Program-made: the position numbers and the translations under genes
Source of the DNA: Candidatus Bathyarchaeota archaeon
GTDB lineage: Archaea > Thermoproteota > Bathyarchaeia > Bathyarchaeales > Bathycorpusculaceae
Assembly: GCA_963827165.1 (NCBI GenBank)
Contig: CAWGZR010000003.1
Location: 1 to 64,000, forward strand
Length of the DNA stretch: 64,000 nt
Direction of reading: 5' to 3'
Notes under the pieces: generated by a model
Told to the model about the DNA's origin: nothing
Seen by the model: the letters and a program-made list of their open reading frames with translations, nothing else
Databases searched by the model: none
Shown: in pieces, positions 21,347 through 31,699 of the stretch
Numbering within the stretch: the stretch's first letter is position 1
How the letters are laid out: each line of letters begins with the position of its first letter

Positions 21347-21439
21347 GCAATTAAAAGAAAACCACCAAACTAGCGCGCCTATGTGAAGTCTCCTAATTAG
21401 TCTTTCCTTTCTTCTTCATGCTGTCAAATTCCTCTTAGT

Positions 21440-21568
21440 TAATTCCTCGTCGAAGTGAAGGGCACGCGCCTATTCGCCCACATTTGGGGCACTATGGCTC
21501 CGCATCCAGACCCTCCTCAATCGCGCTAACGTCCACACCAAGGAGACAGCGCTACAACGAGGAAAAGT
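21440..21568 (-). ncRNA. Putative bridge/seek RNA of the IS1111-type element
   Basis: Two stem-internal loop-stem units whose loops match the target (TTAGCGCG, TAGCGC) and donor (ATAGGCGCG, CCAT) junction sequences. Confidence 0.75.
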
Positions 21569-22558
21569 TCAGGCCTGATCATAATACGGCTTCTTATTCT
21601 TCAACACCGAATAACTGCACATAAGAAGCCTCCTTGCAGCCGCAACGGTCGCGATCTTTTTGCCCCTCTTCTCCGCAACCCGATTATACGCTCGGGTTAT
21701 GGAAGTATCATACTTGTGAACGTGTGTTTGAGCAGTCTCAACCATAACCCAACGAAGCCACCTGCTTCCTTCCTTAGTGATGTCTCCATGCCTAACAGTG
21801 CGGCCAGAAGCATGCGTAGAAGGCACCAACCCCGCGTAACTGCAAAGTCGCTCACCAAACGGAAAACGATCAATGCTGCCAATTTCACTCTTCATGAGAA
21901 CAGCCGAGTAATAGCCGATTCCAGGAATAGTCATCAACAACTTCACCTCTTCATCGCCCTCAGCTATTCCTACAAGCTCCTTAGAAAGCAGCTTAATCTC
22001 CTCATCCAACGGCTTCAAAACCCGCAGATAGCACTCAACCGAATCAAGATTTAGACCATGAAGCCACTCCACGCCATTCTTCGTGAAAAGTCCATGGTCA
22101 ACTGGCCACTTCAACCCTTCATACGTTAAGACGCTTTTGACCTTCACCCTGAGCTTGACGCGTTCTCTAACCAAGAAAGCCCTACGCCTAACCTTCTCTC
22201 TGAGGTTAGCGATTTTTCCTTCTGGAAAGTAAGCCAGCGGCAAAGCATCCAACCTGACCAATTCAGCTATAATCTTAGAGTCCACCCGGTCGCATTTAAT
22301 TTTAGCTTCTGCGATGTAACGGGTCTTTTTCGGATGGGAAACCACAACATTGTATCCTTTGGCGGTCAACTGCCTGAACAGTGGTGCAATCTGGTTTGAA
22401 GATTCCATGCCAACCTTGCCTACTTCAAAATGCGAGAGATAGGGAAGCACTTTTTCATTGCACATTTTTGTTTGATTGATTATTTTTCCTTCAGAGTTCA
22501 AAATAGTCGCATAAGTGCTATCCTTATGCACGTCCAAACCGCAAACGAAGGCGCTCAT
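21569..22558 (-). CDS. IS110 recombinase/transposase (DEDD plus Tnp20 domains)
   Basis: GLDVHK, MES, KCDRVDS, TIPGIG, YAGLVPSTHASG (catalytic Ser), KEGSRWLR. Confidence 0.95.
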   Translation of the reverse strand: MSAFVCGLDVHKDSTYATILNSEGKIINQTKMCNEKVLPYLSHFEVGKVGMESSNQIAPLFRQLTAKGYNVVVSHPKKTRYIAEAKIKCDRVDSKIIAELVRLDALPLAYFPEGKIANLREKVRRRAFLVRERVKLRVKVKSVLTYEGLKWPVDHGLFTKNGVEWLHGLNLDSVECYLRVLKPLDEEIKLLSKELVGIAEGDEEVKLLMTIPGIGYYSAVLMKSEIGSIDRFPFGERLCSYAGLVPSTHASGRTVRHGDITKEGSRWLRWVMVETAQTHVHKYDTSITRAYNRVAEKRGKKIATVAAARRLLMCSYSVLKNKKPYYDQA

Positions 22559-22725
22559 AGAATGGCATGAGCGCCCACGGCGTTTAACACTTCCCATACC
22601 ATCGCGCTAAACGCAATAAAAGGGGACCAATATGCAAGAAATTTCTGTTTGGATTCAAATCAGAAGCGGTTTGGGTCTCTATGGATTTGAACCCAAAAAC
22701 AATTGAGACCAATCCATACCCTGAG

Positions 22726-24371
22726 CAGACTGTGTCGAAACTCAGAACTAAACTTCAAGAGCCCCTGTAATCTAAGCCATTGCCCGGTATCTTCCTCTGC
22801 GTCTTCCCCGTTTTTTTACGCCTTAATCAAACTCATCAACGTTCCGACCCCGAGAATGTTGATAGCCCTTCTGATGTTGTAAGCCATCATGGTAAATCCA
22901 ACCTCTCCTTTTACCTTCCTAATGCCCTTCAAGAGTAGATAGCCTTGGTTGAAAGCTCTCTTCATTGTTCCAAAAGGATGCTCAACTATCTCACGCCTCA
23001 AACTCAGCTTCTCCACACCCTCAGAACTGCCCACCCTTGCTCTCAACCTGTCCACAGTGTCCTGATACTCAGGCCTAAATATACGCCTCCCACGCCTGTT
23101 CCTAGTGCACCTACCTCTGAAAGCACAAGACATACAGAGTTTCGTCCCGTAGAGACCACCCCAACACTGCTCTTTTCCCCGATAACTACGCCTCAAAAGC
23201 TCCAGCTCAGCTCCGCCAGGACAAACATAAACCTCTCGTCTAGCATCGTAAACAAACTTGTCCGAGCAAAACTCAGGCTCAGGCACGCCAATACTCTTTG
23301 TCGGGTTAAACGATGGTATGGGCATGAAAACTGTAATTCCATGGTTCTCGCAGTCTTTCACGTCATTTGCAACATAGAATCCCTTGTCGGTTATAACCTC
23401 CAACTTGTCAACGCCAAGAGTCTTCTTCGCCATCTCAGCATCATTAAAAAGTTGATGATGATCAGTTGAATTGTTAATGACATCATAATCGACGATAAGA
23501 TGCTGCTTGGCATCAACTGACGTTTGAATATTGTAGCTGACTTCGAGCCGTTGACTATCCACTCTCATCAAACGGCTATCTGGATCCACAAGCGAAACCT
23601 CACTTTGACCCGTAGCCTTCATTTGGTCCTGAACTTGCTCGTATCGTTGCTTTTCCTCTTCAAGTTTGCATATTTTCTCCTTGAGCTCATCGACATTAAC
23701 GCTTTCATCTTCAGATGAATCAGCTGAATCGTTCCTGTCCATTTCTTTGAGATACTCCGCTATCTTTTCTTCTGTTTGCTTGAGTCTTAGAGCGACTGTT
23801 TTCTTATTGAGATTATTGCTCCTAGAATTTACAGCCTTGAACTTGGTTCCATCAATAGCTACCAGTTGAGCACCGTAAAGATCTAGGCTTCTGCAGAGGT
23901 AAACAAATTCTTTGAACACTCCTTTGATGCAATCGACGTTGTCTTTTCTGAAGTCAGCGATTGTTTTGAAGTCAGGAGCTAACTTTTTCATGAGCCACAT
24001 GACCTCAACGTTTCGGTGGCACTCTTTCTCGAGTTTTCTGCTGGATCTCACCTGGTTTAGGTAGCCGTAAACGTATAGTTTGAGAAGGTCTGAAGGATTA
24101 TACGATGGTCTACCTGTATCTGCGAGTACTGAATGCTTGAATCCGAGCTTCTCTAAGTTGAGGCTATCGATAAAAGCATCAATGAACCGAACTGGGTTTT
24201 CCTTGTCGACGTAATCGTCGAGCATGCTTGGGAAGAGAACTGATTGCTTTCTGTAATGGCCTGTTACGTGTTCGCTCATGGCTTTTCAGCTCTTTCTGTT
24301 GCTCTAAAGCCAGTCTAGATTTAAGGTTAACGGTAAATAGCCGCAAAGAAAGAGACTTTTCACACACTCTC
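22726..24371 (-). mobile_element. IS1182-family element, copy 1
   Basis: Imperfect 18-bp TIRs CAGACTGTGTCGAAACTC / GACTTTTCACACACTCTC; no TSD visible. Confidence 0.88.
22816..24279 (-). CDS. IS1182-family DDE transposase
   Basis: GRPSYNP..LLKLYVYGYLN..SSR.LE, PDFKTIADFRK, IDGTK, DKGF, VEHPFGTMK. Confidence 0.93.
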   Translation of the reverse strand: MSEHVTGHYRKQSVLFPSMLDDYVDKENPVRFIDAFIDSLNLEKLGFKHSVLADTGRPSYNPSDLLKLYVYGYLNQVRSSRKLEKECHRNVEVMWLMKKLAPDFKTIADFRKDNVDCIKGVFKEFVYLCRSLDLYGAQLVAIDGTKFKAVNSRSNNLNKKTVALRLKQTEEKIAEYLKEMDRNDSADSSEDESVNVDELKEKICKLEEEKQRYEQVQDQMKATGQSEVSLVDPDSRLMRVDSQRLEVSYNIQTSVDAKQHLIVDYDVINNSTDHHQLFNDAEMAKKTLGVDKLEVITDKGFYVANDVKDCENHGITVFMPIPSFNPTKSIGVPEPEFCSDKFVYDARREVYVCPGGAELELLRRSYRGKEQCWGGLYGTKLCMSCAFRGRCTRNRRGRRIFRPEYQDTVDRLRARVGSSEGVEKLSLRREIVEHPFGTMKRAFNQGYLLLKGIRKVKGEVGFTMMAYNIRRAINILGVGTLMSLIKA

Positions 24372-24397
24372 ACCGTCAGGTGGAGATGTCACCTGCT

Positions 24398-25054
24398 CTA
24401 AACCTTTTGGAACGTCAGTTCTCTTCCTTTTCTTTCAGCAATTTGAAGCATGTCACTTTTTCTTAAACAGTAAGTTATTTGGCGTGCGGTTCTTATCGAA
24501 ACTTTTGCCAAATCGGCTAATTCTCTATTGGTAAAGACGCTGTTTAGACCATTCGGCAGTACTTTTAGGAAATCAGCCTTTTTTTCGAAGAGAATTCTGT
24601 CATTAACGGCTATTAGCTTCCTGTCTTTGATGCTAACGCCTCTTCTTCTCCAGCTTCCTTTTCCATCTTCACATCTTACCTCTTCTTCATCAATAAATAG
24701 AACTTCCAAAGAAAAGTTATCTTCTCCAATCGTCTGTGGAATCATGACTAGTTCACGAAATAGGTCAGCAAGTCTTCCTTTTCTTGGAGATTTTCGCTTG
24801 CTATTAACTGTGTTGTCTTTGCTGATATGCGTTATCCGTTTTTGTTCTGGAAGAGGATAAACCAATCTCACCTTGTAGTTTTTAATCAGGGTTTCGAGCT
24901 TTCCTCGGATGGCTGAGAAATTCTTGGTCTGAACTTCAATGATTAAATCTCCTCGAAGTATGTCTACAATGTAGTTGCCTAATCTGACCTCGAACTGATC
25001 TCCTGGAAATGAGTACCATTTCTTAATTTCTGAATGAAGAGAGAACTCGTTCAT
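24398..25054 (-). CDS. Hypothetical protein, putative PD-(D/E)XK nuclease fold with C-terminal HTH
   Basis: E.SLH...EV...YIVDI...IIEVQT; C-terminus FTNRELADLAKVS...QITYCLRK. Confidence 0.6.
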   Translation of the reverse strand: MNEFSLHSEIKKWYSFPGDQFEVRLGNYIVDILRGDLIIEVQTKNFSAIRGKLETLIKNYKVRLVYPLPEQKRITHISKDNTVNSKRKSPRKGRLADLFRELVMIPQTIGEDNFSLEVLFIDEEEVRCEDGKGSWRRRGVSIKDRKLIAVNDRILFEKKADFLKVLPNGLNSVFTNRELADLAKVSIRTARQITYCLRKSDMLQIAERKGRELTFQKV

Positions 25055-25094
25055 TAGGCTTCAAAAGTAAAATTGGCAACTAATAAGGGTAGGG

Positions 25095-25120
25095 TGGCGG
25101 CCCGCTGGGACTAGACCCCA
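25095..25120 (-). other. Decayed tRNA 3'-end fragment, related to 7902-7928
   Basis: TGGCGG-CCCGCTGGGA..GACCCCA versus TGGCGGGCCCGCTGGGT..GAACCCA. Confidence 0.55.
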
Positions 25121-25123
25121 AAA

Positions 25124-26768
25124 CAGACTGTGTCAAAACTCAGCGCTAAAACCTAAGAGTATCTGGCACCAAATCTATTGCTTTCGATTATCTGCACTTA
25201 TTTTCTTTTTCTTACGCCTTAATCAAATTTATTAGCGTTCCAACTCCAAGTATGTTGATAGCCCTTCGCATGTTGTAAGCCAGCATAGTAAATCCAACTT
25301 CTCCCCTAACCTTCCTCAAGCCTTTTAGGAGCACATAGCCTTGATTGAAAGCTCGCTTCATAGTCCCAAAGGGATGCTCAGCCAAAGTCCTCCGCAGTCG
25401 ACACTTCACTTTACCTTCAGAAGTCTCCAATCTAGCCCTGAGACGATCAACCGAGCCGTCATATTCGCCTCTGAACATGTACCTTCCACGCTTATTTCTA
25501 GTACACTTTCCCCTAACTAAACAAGAATCGCATAGTCTTGATCTATACAACCTACCGTCAAAACCCTTCCCTCGATTACTCCTCTTCCAAAAAGGCATCT
25601 CATTTCCAGCAGGACAGACATACACATCCTTAGCTGCATCATAAACAAATCGATCGCTGTAGAACTCTGGTTCAGGAACCCCAACACTCTTGTACGGATT
25701 AAAAGCATCGGGAATAGGCATGAAAACCCTAATCCCACTATTCTCACAATCAAAGACATCTTGCTCAACATAGAACCCCTTGTCACTCAAAACATCAAGC
25801 GCCTCAACACCCAAGATCTGCTTTGCGGCTAACGCGTCCTTAGTGAGTTGGTGATGATCTGTCGAGTTATTTATCACATCATAATCAACAATAAGGTGTT
25901 GTTTCGCGTCAACTGATGTTTGAATGTTGTAGCCAACTTCAAGCCGTTGACTATCAACCCTCATCAAACGGCCTATCTGGATCCACCAGAGAAACCTCTC
26001 TTTGGCCTGTAGCTTTCATATGGTTCTGGATATGCTCGTATTGTTGTTTCTTCTCTTCTAGCTGACTTATTTTTGCCTTGAGCTCATCGGTTTTGGCTGT
26101 TTCATCTTCATTTGAATCATCTGCATCATTGCGGTCCAGTTCACTAAGGTATTGCGCGATCTTTTCCTCTGTTTGCTTGAGCCTCAATGCAACTGTTTTC
26201 TCATTGAGGTTGTTGCTCTTGGAATTGACAGCCTTGAATTTGGTTCCATCAATCGCTACCAGCTGGGCTCCGTAAAGATCCAGGCTCCTGCAGAGGTAAA
26301 CAAACTCTTTGAAAACGCCTTTGATGCAATCGACGTTGTCTCTGCGGAAGTCAGCGATGGTTTTGAAGTCCGGAGCCAGCTTCTTCATCAGCCACATGGC
26401 CTCAACGTTGCGGTGGCACTCTTTCTCGAGTTTTCGGCTTGATCTCACCTGGTTGAGGTATCCGTAGACGTAGAGCTTGAGAAGATCTGAGGGATCATAA
26501 GATGGTCTGCCTGTGTCTGCGAGTACTGAGTGCTTGAATCCGAGCTTCTCTAAGTTGAGGCTATCGATAAAAGCGTCAATGAACCGTACTGGGTTCTCTT
26601 TGTCGACGTAATCGTCGAGTATGTTTGGGAAGAGAACTGATTGCTTTCTGTAATGGCCTGTTACGTGTTCGCTCATGGCTTTTCAGCTCTTTCTGTTGCT
26701 CTAAAGCCAGTCTAGATTTAAGGTTAACGGTAAATAGCCGCAAAGAAAGAGACTTTTCACACACTCTC
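25124..26768 (-). mobile_element. IS1182-family element, copy 2, with 4-bp TSD AAAA
   Basis: Same TIRs; AAAA at 25120-25123 and 26769-26772; the empty site CCCC-AAAA-GGGG is a hairpin. Confidence 0.9.
25212..26676 (-). pseudogene. IS1182 transposase with +1 frameshift near 25972
   Basis: CGGCCTATC versus CGGCTATC in copy 1; the two ORFs join into a full transposase. Confidence 0.85.
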
Positions 26769-26809
26769 AAAAGGGGGCGGAACCAATAGCGGATTCTGCC
26801 TATTTTTTA

Positions 26810-27962
26810 TTAAAAGCAGCAAATATCTTCTAAGTAAAATAGTCCATTTTCTCTGTAAAGATTGCAAATTTGATTTGCTGTATTTCTCTCGCCCCTTTCA
26901 TACAAATCTTTCACAAGGCGAGTGACTACATCATTCCTGTAAGAGACGAACAATCCGGAACTAGTCAATTCTAGAAATATGTTTCCAACTAATTTAGGAT
27001 CACTATTAACGAATTTAACCAAACCATCAAACAAGAAATTTGCTTGATAATCAAACTTGATGAATTTGACTATTTTGCTTAATATTTCAGCAGCCTGCTC
27101 ACTCATTTTATCCAGCAAGTTAATCCAATTAATCAGCGAAACCAAAACTTCTTGAAAATCAGAAACATCGTCCTTCTTAAGAATGGCATCAACCAGTTCC
27201 TTCCAAAGCGGAATTATTTTGGTTCTCTGTGATTCAGGCAACTGGGAACCAGCGGGAGAAAAAAATCTTGCGATAGCCAAAAACTGTATAGCGTCACACT
27301 TTTCAATCATCATGAGAATCAAGCTGTTTTTTTCTTCCAGTTTTTCAAAGTCATTCAGATAGCTAACTATAATGTGACCAGTTAGCATTTCATTTGCATG
27401 CTTGTCCTCGAAATTACACTTAATTGCTTCTTGATAGATTTCATTTAATTTCATTAGTTGATAGATTTCCTGATAAACTGCTGAGCTTCCGGCAAGGTAT
27501 CCGATCATGGCTCCTTTGAATAGATCTGTGTTTTTTCTTACGAAGATACGATTAATATTTTGAGTAACCCAGTCCTTGTCTATAAAATAAATAACGGTCA
27601 GATGGTATCCTAAAGCCACAAAAAATGCCATATCTTGCGGCATGCTAATGAATGGTTCTATTGCTTTCTTGATGTTTTCACTAAGGTTTGTCTGTTTGTT
27701 AAGACGCCGGATTTTCAGAGAGTAGTTTAGGATTGCGGAAATGATGGCTTCTTTTGGCGAATTCACGACTTCAATTATCAGATTATTTGAAGTGCCCAGT
27801 TGTGACCTGTCCTTTTCGAGAAATTCCAATAATATTTTTTCGCAGACAGGCAGAAGTGACGCCGCAAGCGTATGCTTCTCATCCTTACAGCCACTATCTA
27901 TCAGTTCTGCTGCACTTCTAATCAACCAATCTCTTGAACTTGTTTTTGGATCTTCCCAGAAA
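26810..27962 (-). pseudogene. C-terminal fragment of a large helical-repeat protein (possibly a defence NTPase)
   Basis: Frame is open upstream (RFWEDPKTSSRDWLIRSAA) to the CGCGCGCGC run; no convincing start; low GC. Confidence 0.5.
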
Positions 27963-27992
27963 CGCGCGCGCTGCTCTTACGGACTGAATTCT

Positions 27993-28415
27993 ATGGTAGA
28001 AATACTGAGCGTTACACTAATCGACTTGGAAACTCGAAAAGAAACGGTTTTGACTCGGAAGAAAAATTGGAAAGGAACAGACAGTAGATGCTTCTTTAAT
28101 GAGTGGATTGAGCACAAGAATTACAGGATTCAATTGAGATTGGATACTAACGATAACCCAAGCGTTGACCCAGTTTTAGATGCAGACATAATAGAACTAG
28201 CAACTGGTAAGAAAATCAAAAATGGCACGTGGCATCACACCCAAAAGGAGTACAACTCTCAAACAAATAGTTATATTTACACTTTCAAGTTTGAAGAGCT
28301 TCAACTACTCCTAAACTTTGCAATAGCATACCACCAAAAACTCTCTGAAAAAATTGGTTTTGTTGACAGTTTGACAGTGAAGCTAGTCAAGGGTAGACCC
28401 GAAGAGAAAAAATAG
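27993..28415 (+). CDS. Hypothetical protein
   Basis: ATG at 27993 within ORF 27741-28415; the upstream part overlaps the opposite-strand gene. Confidence 0.55.
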   Translation: MVEILSVTLIDLETRKETVLTRKKNWKGTDSRCFFNEWIEHKNYRIQLRLDTNDNPSVDPVLDADIIELATGKKIKNGTWHHTQKEYNSQTNSYIYTFKFEELQLLLNFAIAYHQKLSEKIGFVDSLTVKLVKGRPEEKK

Positions 28416-28990
28416 TTAATTCGGGTCAAACTCCTTCGTTCCTTAAGATTGTCAACGAACGGTGACTAAAGTCTCGAACGAAGGCTAACTCTGCAAGATA
28501 GAAATCGAAAGTCATTTATTCTTATGGACCAGAAGAGAAAGTGGTGAACGATGTGAAGTACAAAAAAGAAAGAAAAAGTTTGTTGATATTTCCCGACTTA
28601 ATAGTCGAGGTACTTCATTATTTCTAATGTTCTTTCTTTTCGGATAAAAATAGCTGATAAGCAGAATCTTTTTGCATTTTCAATTAACTGAAGTGCAAGG
28701 TTTATTCTATTCCGCGTTTTTTCTTTACGAAGTTTACGAAATCTGGAGCATAATTCTTGTCCAGCATTAAGTGAGTCGTATCAGGAACGTTCCACTCGTC
28801 AACAGACTTTTCATCAGCGTATCCAATGTCAATGTGCACTCGTCCACCAACGTTTTGTTTCCAAGTATCGTGCAATCTGAGAAAGTAGTAGTCTCCGCCG
28901 TTAGATTTGGAGTAAGTTACTTAGCTTACCATAGATTACAAATAGAGTTTACCATAAAAAAAATACATTTTTTCTTTTAGGTGAACAGGC

Positions 28991-29776
28991 ATGGTTCAGC
29001 AGGGTCAAGCGACAACTATTTACATTGCAAAAGACGAGTACAAACGATATCAGACCATTGTGAAGGAAAAACTTGGCAAGAAGGCTGGGCCGAGAATAGT
29101 GGAGCTGATTCGGCAAGACGTGGCCAACTTGGAAGGCAAACCGGTGATAGACAACAATGAAGACATTAATGAACTTCAGACACGGCTTAAATCGCTCATT
29201 AAGGAAGAGGACGATGCCAAGAGAATCCTTGAGCAACATGAGGTTTTAGATCACTTAGTTCACCTCTCACAACACAGCCCTTATAATATTAGCTTTAAAC
29301 GCCATCCCGATAAAGCAAAGAAAGCAATTGCTATGATGGTTACTGATTTTAACGCGGGAAAGATCCGGGCGGACCTTGGAGACTTTCAGCTATTCATAGG
29401 CTATGCTGAATTGCACATTGAATACTGTAAAGTTCTAAGTAGATTAGCAGAATTGAGGGCACAGAAATATACTGCTGATCCAACACAAACGCCTGAGACA
29501 GAAGCACCACAGACAGAAGCGCAGCCTACGGAGTCTGCAGAGATTAACCAAGTAGCTGAAGAGGCAGAAGGCCAGGAGCCAGAAGTAAAGGCCAACAACA
29601 AACAAAGCATATTGGAAGAGCCTGAATCTGAAGAAGAGGAAGAAGGCGCTGGTGAGGAAAAAGAAGATGAGGCTGAAGAACCTGAAGAACCCGAAGCAGG
29701 TGAGGATGAGCCCAATGACGATTATGTTTTGGAGTCAGCTGAAGAGAAAGAGGAAGAGGAGCCCTGGCTGGACTAG
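28991..29776 (+). CDS. Plasmid/virus-like protein: RHH-like N-terminus, coiled coil, very acidic tail
   Basis: RBS AGGTGA; TTIYIAKDEY...IVELIR; E-rich C-terminus. Confidence 0.65.
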   Translation: MVQQGQATTIYIAKDEYKRYQTIVKEKLGKKAGPRIVELIRQDVANLEGKPVIDNNEDINELQTRLKSLIKEEDDAKRILEQHEVLDHLVHLSQHSPYNISFKRHPDKAKKAIAMMVTDFNAGKIRADLGDFQLFIGYAELHIEYCKVLSRLAELRAQKYTADPTQTPETEAPQTEAQPTESAEINQVAEEAEGQEPEVKANNKQSILEEPESEEEEEGAGEEKEDEAEEPEEPEAGEDEPNDDYVLESAEEKEEEEPWLD

Positions 29777-30414
29777 TTAAGTTGGAACTTGGGCGAAAAA
29801 GTAGAAATATATTTCTATAGCAGCATAGTGGAGTATCAAATCATAATTCTACTATACTAGTGCGGTTAAAGGGCAATTTTTCTCGCGTGCAAAAATATAT
29901 TTTGCTCCCCTTCCCCTTTTATTCATGGTAAAACGGTTCGGTTAGTTGATAGCTAAACGAACCTCTTGAAACTCGTATATTTATCCAAGTTTTTAAAAAA
30001 AGCTTAAAAATTCCTTAATAGAACGTGCTGACCAGCCGTTTTAGAGAAAACTTTGGTAGTTCTTGAAGGTCAAGGCGTACTCGTACTCGTATTGGCTGTC
30101 CAGCTTTCGTCTCTTGTTGATGCAGATCTGCAGTTAAATTGTGCCCCATGAAGTACTCAATGATTTCCGTTTTAGCTTTCGCCGTACCCTGGAAGAAACC
30201 GTCTGAGAGGAAAGCACGAAAGCCAGTTAGAGAGAAGTTGTCTTCGATTTAGCGTTGAAGATCTCCTACCTTGGCGATTCTTCAAACCTCGGCAGGCCAT
30301 GCCAGTACGTCGCTGCAGCAGCTGGGTCTCTTGCAAGCTCGTTTAGAAACTTGTTCTGCTATGCTGTGCTTAGTAAAGTGTTACATTTCACGTTTGAACA
30401 AGCCGTTCTTAACC

Positions 30415-30876
30415 TCAGAATTCAGAATCAGTTTTCTTAGCCTCAGAATTCTTAGCGGGCGAAAATTTGTAGATAGTTGAGACGGCTGCCTCCGATCTTT
30501 CAGCTATCGCGACTCGGCTAAAGCCTTGTTTCATTAAGAAAGCTACTGTGCTCTCTATTTCCGAAAACGGAGTTTTCACTCCTTTAAAGTAGTTTCTGAG
30601 CTTCAGAAAAGCCTCTTCCACTAAGTTTTTTTCTACCGCTACCGGGGTAGGTGTCTCTGTTTTTTTTGCTTCCTCAATTTTCGGCAGCAAAAACGTGTTG
30701 GTCGACGGCGAGTAGGTGGCACCAAGCTTCTCCAGCTTCTTAAGCATCGCCACGAGACGCCCAGGCGCCAAACTGCCTTTCGGTTTTATGAATAGGCCCG
30801 CAGCGTTTTTGCTTATGGTTTCACAGTTAGGCTTCAGCTGCTCAATCAACTCTTCTTCAGAGATTAGGTGTTCCAT
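30415..30876 (-). CDS. Hypothetical protein with C-terminal HTH-like motif
   Basis: RBS AGGGG; GFSRVAIAERSEAAVSTIY. Confidence 0.55.
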   Translation of the reverse strand: MEHLISEEELIEQLKPNCETISKNAAGLFIKPKGSLAPGRLVAMLKKLEKLGATYSPSTNTFLLPKIEEAKKTETPTPVAVEKNLVEEAFLKLRNYFKGVKTPFSEIESTVAFLMKQGFSRVAIAERSEAAVSTIYKFSPAKNSEAKKTDSEF

Positions 30877-31016
30877 GTTTTCCCCTAATAGAAAAAATCT
30901 TAAACAAGAACCTCTGACTGCAGATCGACTAGCGGTTATCGTCTTCTTCCTGAAGACTGATCAGACGATCGGGGCAACCAATAAGCAAAGAAGCGGAAGG
31001 TCTGTTGAGAAACAGT

Positions 31017-31625
31017 CTAGCCTGTGTTTTCTTTCTTTATCTTTTCAAATAGCTCTACAAAAGTCTGTTCGGGCTGCGCACCTACAATTGTGTATTTATC
31101 ATTTATAATGAACGTGGGAACACCTGTAACATTGTGTTTTCTGGCTTCAAGACAGTTATTTGCATATATCTTTTGGAGCAGAGGGTCTTTCAATGCACTT
31201 TCAACGTCGTGTTTTGTCAAACCAATTCTCTTTGCTATTTCGATAATAACCTCTTCTTTTCCGATGTCAAGGCAGTCTTCAAAATACGCTTTGAATACTG
31301 AATCAGTCAATTTCTCATTTTTGCCAAGCTTTCTGGAATATTCACCGACTATCAGAGCTTTTCTTGAATTTGGCAGTGTCCTAACATCACAAAAGTCCAG
31401 ACCATATTCTTTGCCTCTACTTCTCAAATGCTGGTACATTTCATTTGTCTCAGAAATGTATTTCCTTAAGTCGACTCCGCAGATGGGTGTTTCTGGGTGA
31501 ATTTCAATTCCAACATGTTCCAGTTCAATATCAAATCGACTCTTAAATCCATCAATAATAGCTTTGCCAAGATAACAAAAGGGGCAAATATAATCTGAAA
31601 ACATCTTAATTCTTATTTTCATCAA
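31017..31625 (-). CDS. DsbA/FrnE-family oxidoreductase
   Basis: SDYICPFCY, EIHPE, VTGVPTFII, GAQP. Confidence 0.92.
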   Translation of the reverse strand: MMKIRIKMFSDYICPFCYLGKAIIDGFKSRFDIELEHVGIEIHPETPICGVDLRKYISETNEMYQHLRSRGKEYGLDFCDVRTLPNSRKALIVGEYSRKLGKNEKLTDSVFKAYFEDCLDIGKEEVIIEIAKRIGLTKHDVESALKDPLLQKIYANNCLEARKHNVTGVPTFIINDKYTIVGAQPEQTFVELFEKIKKENTG

Positions 31626-31699
31626 ATCACCCTATCTTACAGTTTTCTAAACGTATATTAGGAAATTAATGTTACCCATTTCCGTTAGAGGAATTAAAA

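Larger units (their letters stand above)
21374..22607 (-). mobile_element. IS110-family element, IS1111 subgroup
   Basis: CGCGC direct repeats at 21374-21378 and 22603-22607; sub-terminal IRs TATGTGAAGT (21380-21389) and ACTTCCCATA (22589-22598); long non-coding end downstream of the transposase. Confidence 0.9.

Noticed and set aside
25954-25980. Programmed frameshift in the IS1182 (and IS701) transposase
   Set aside because: No slippery sequence at the break, and the sister IS1182 copy is in frame; a simple indel is more likely.
29490-29760. GAA-rich repetitive DNA
   Set aside because: Simply encodes a Glu-rich tail.
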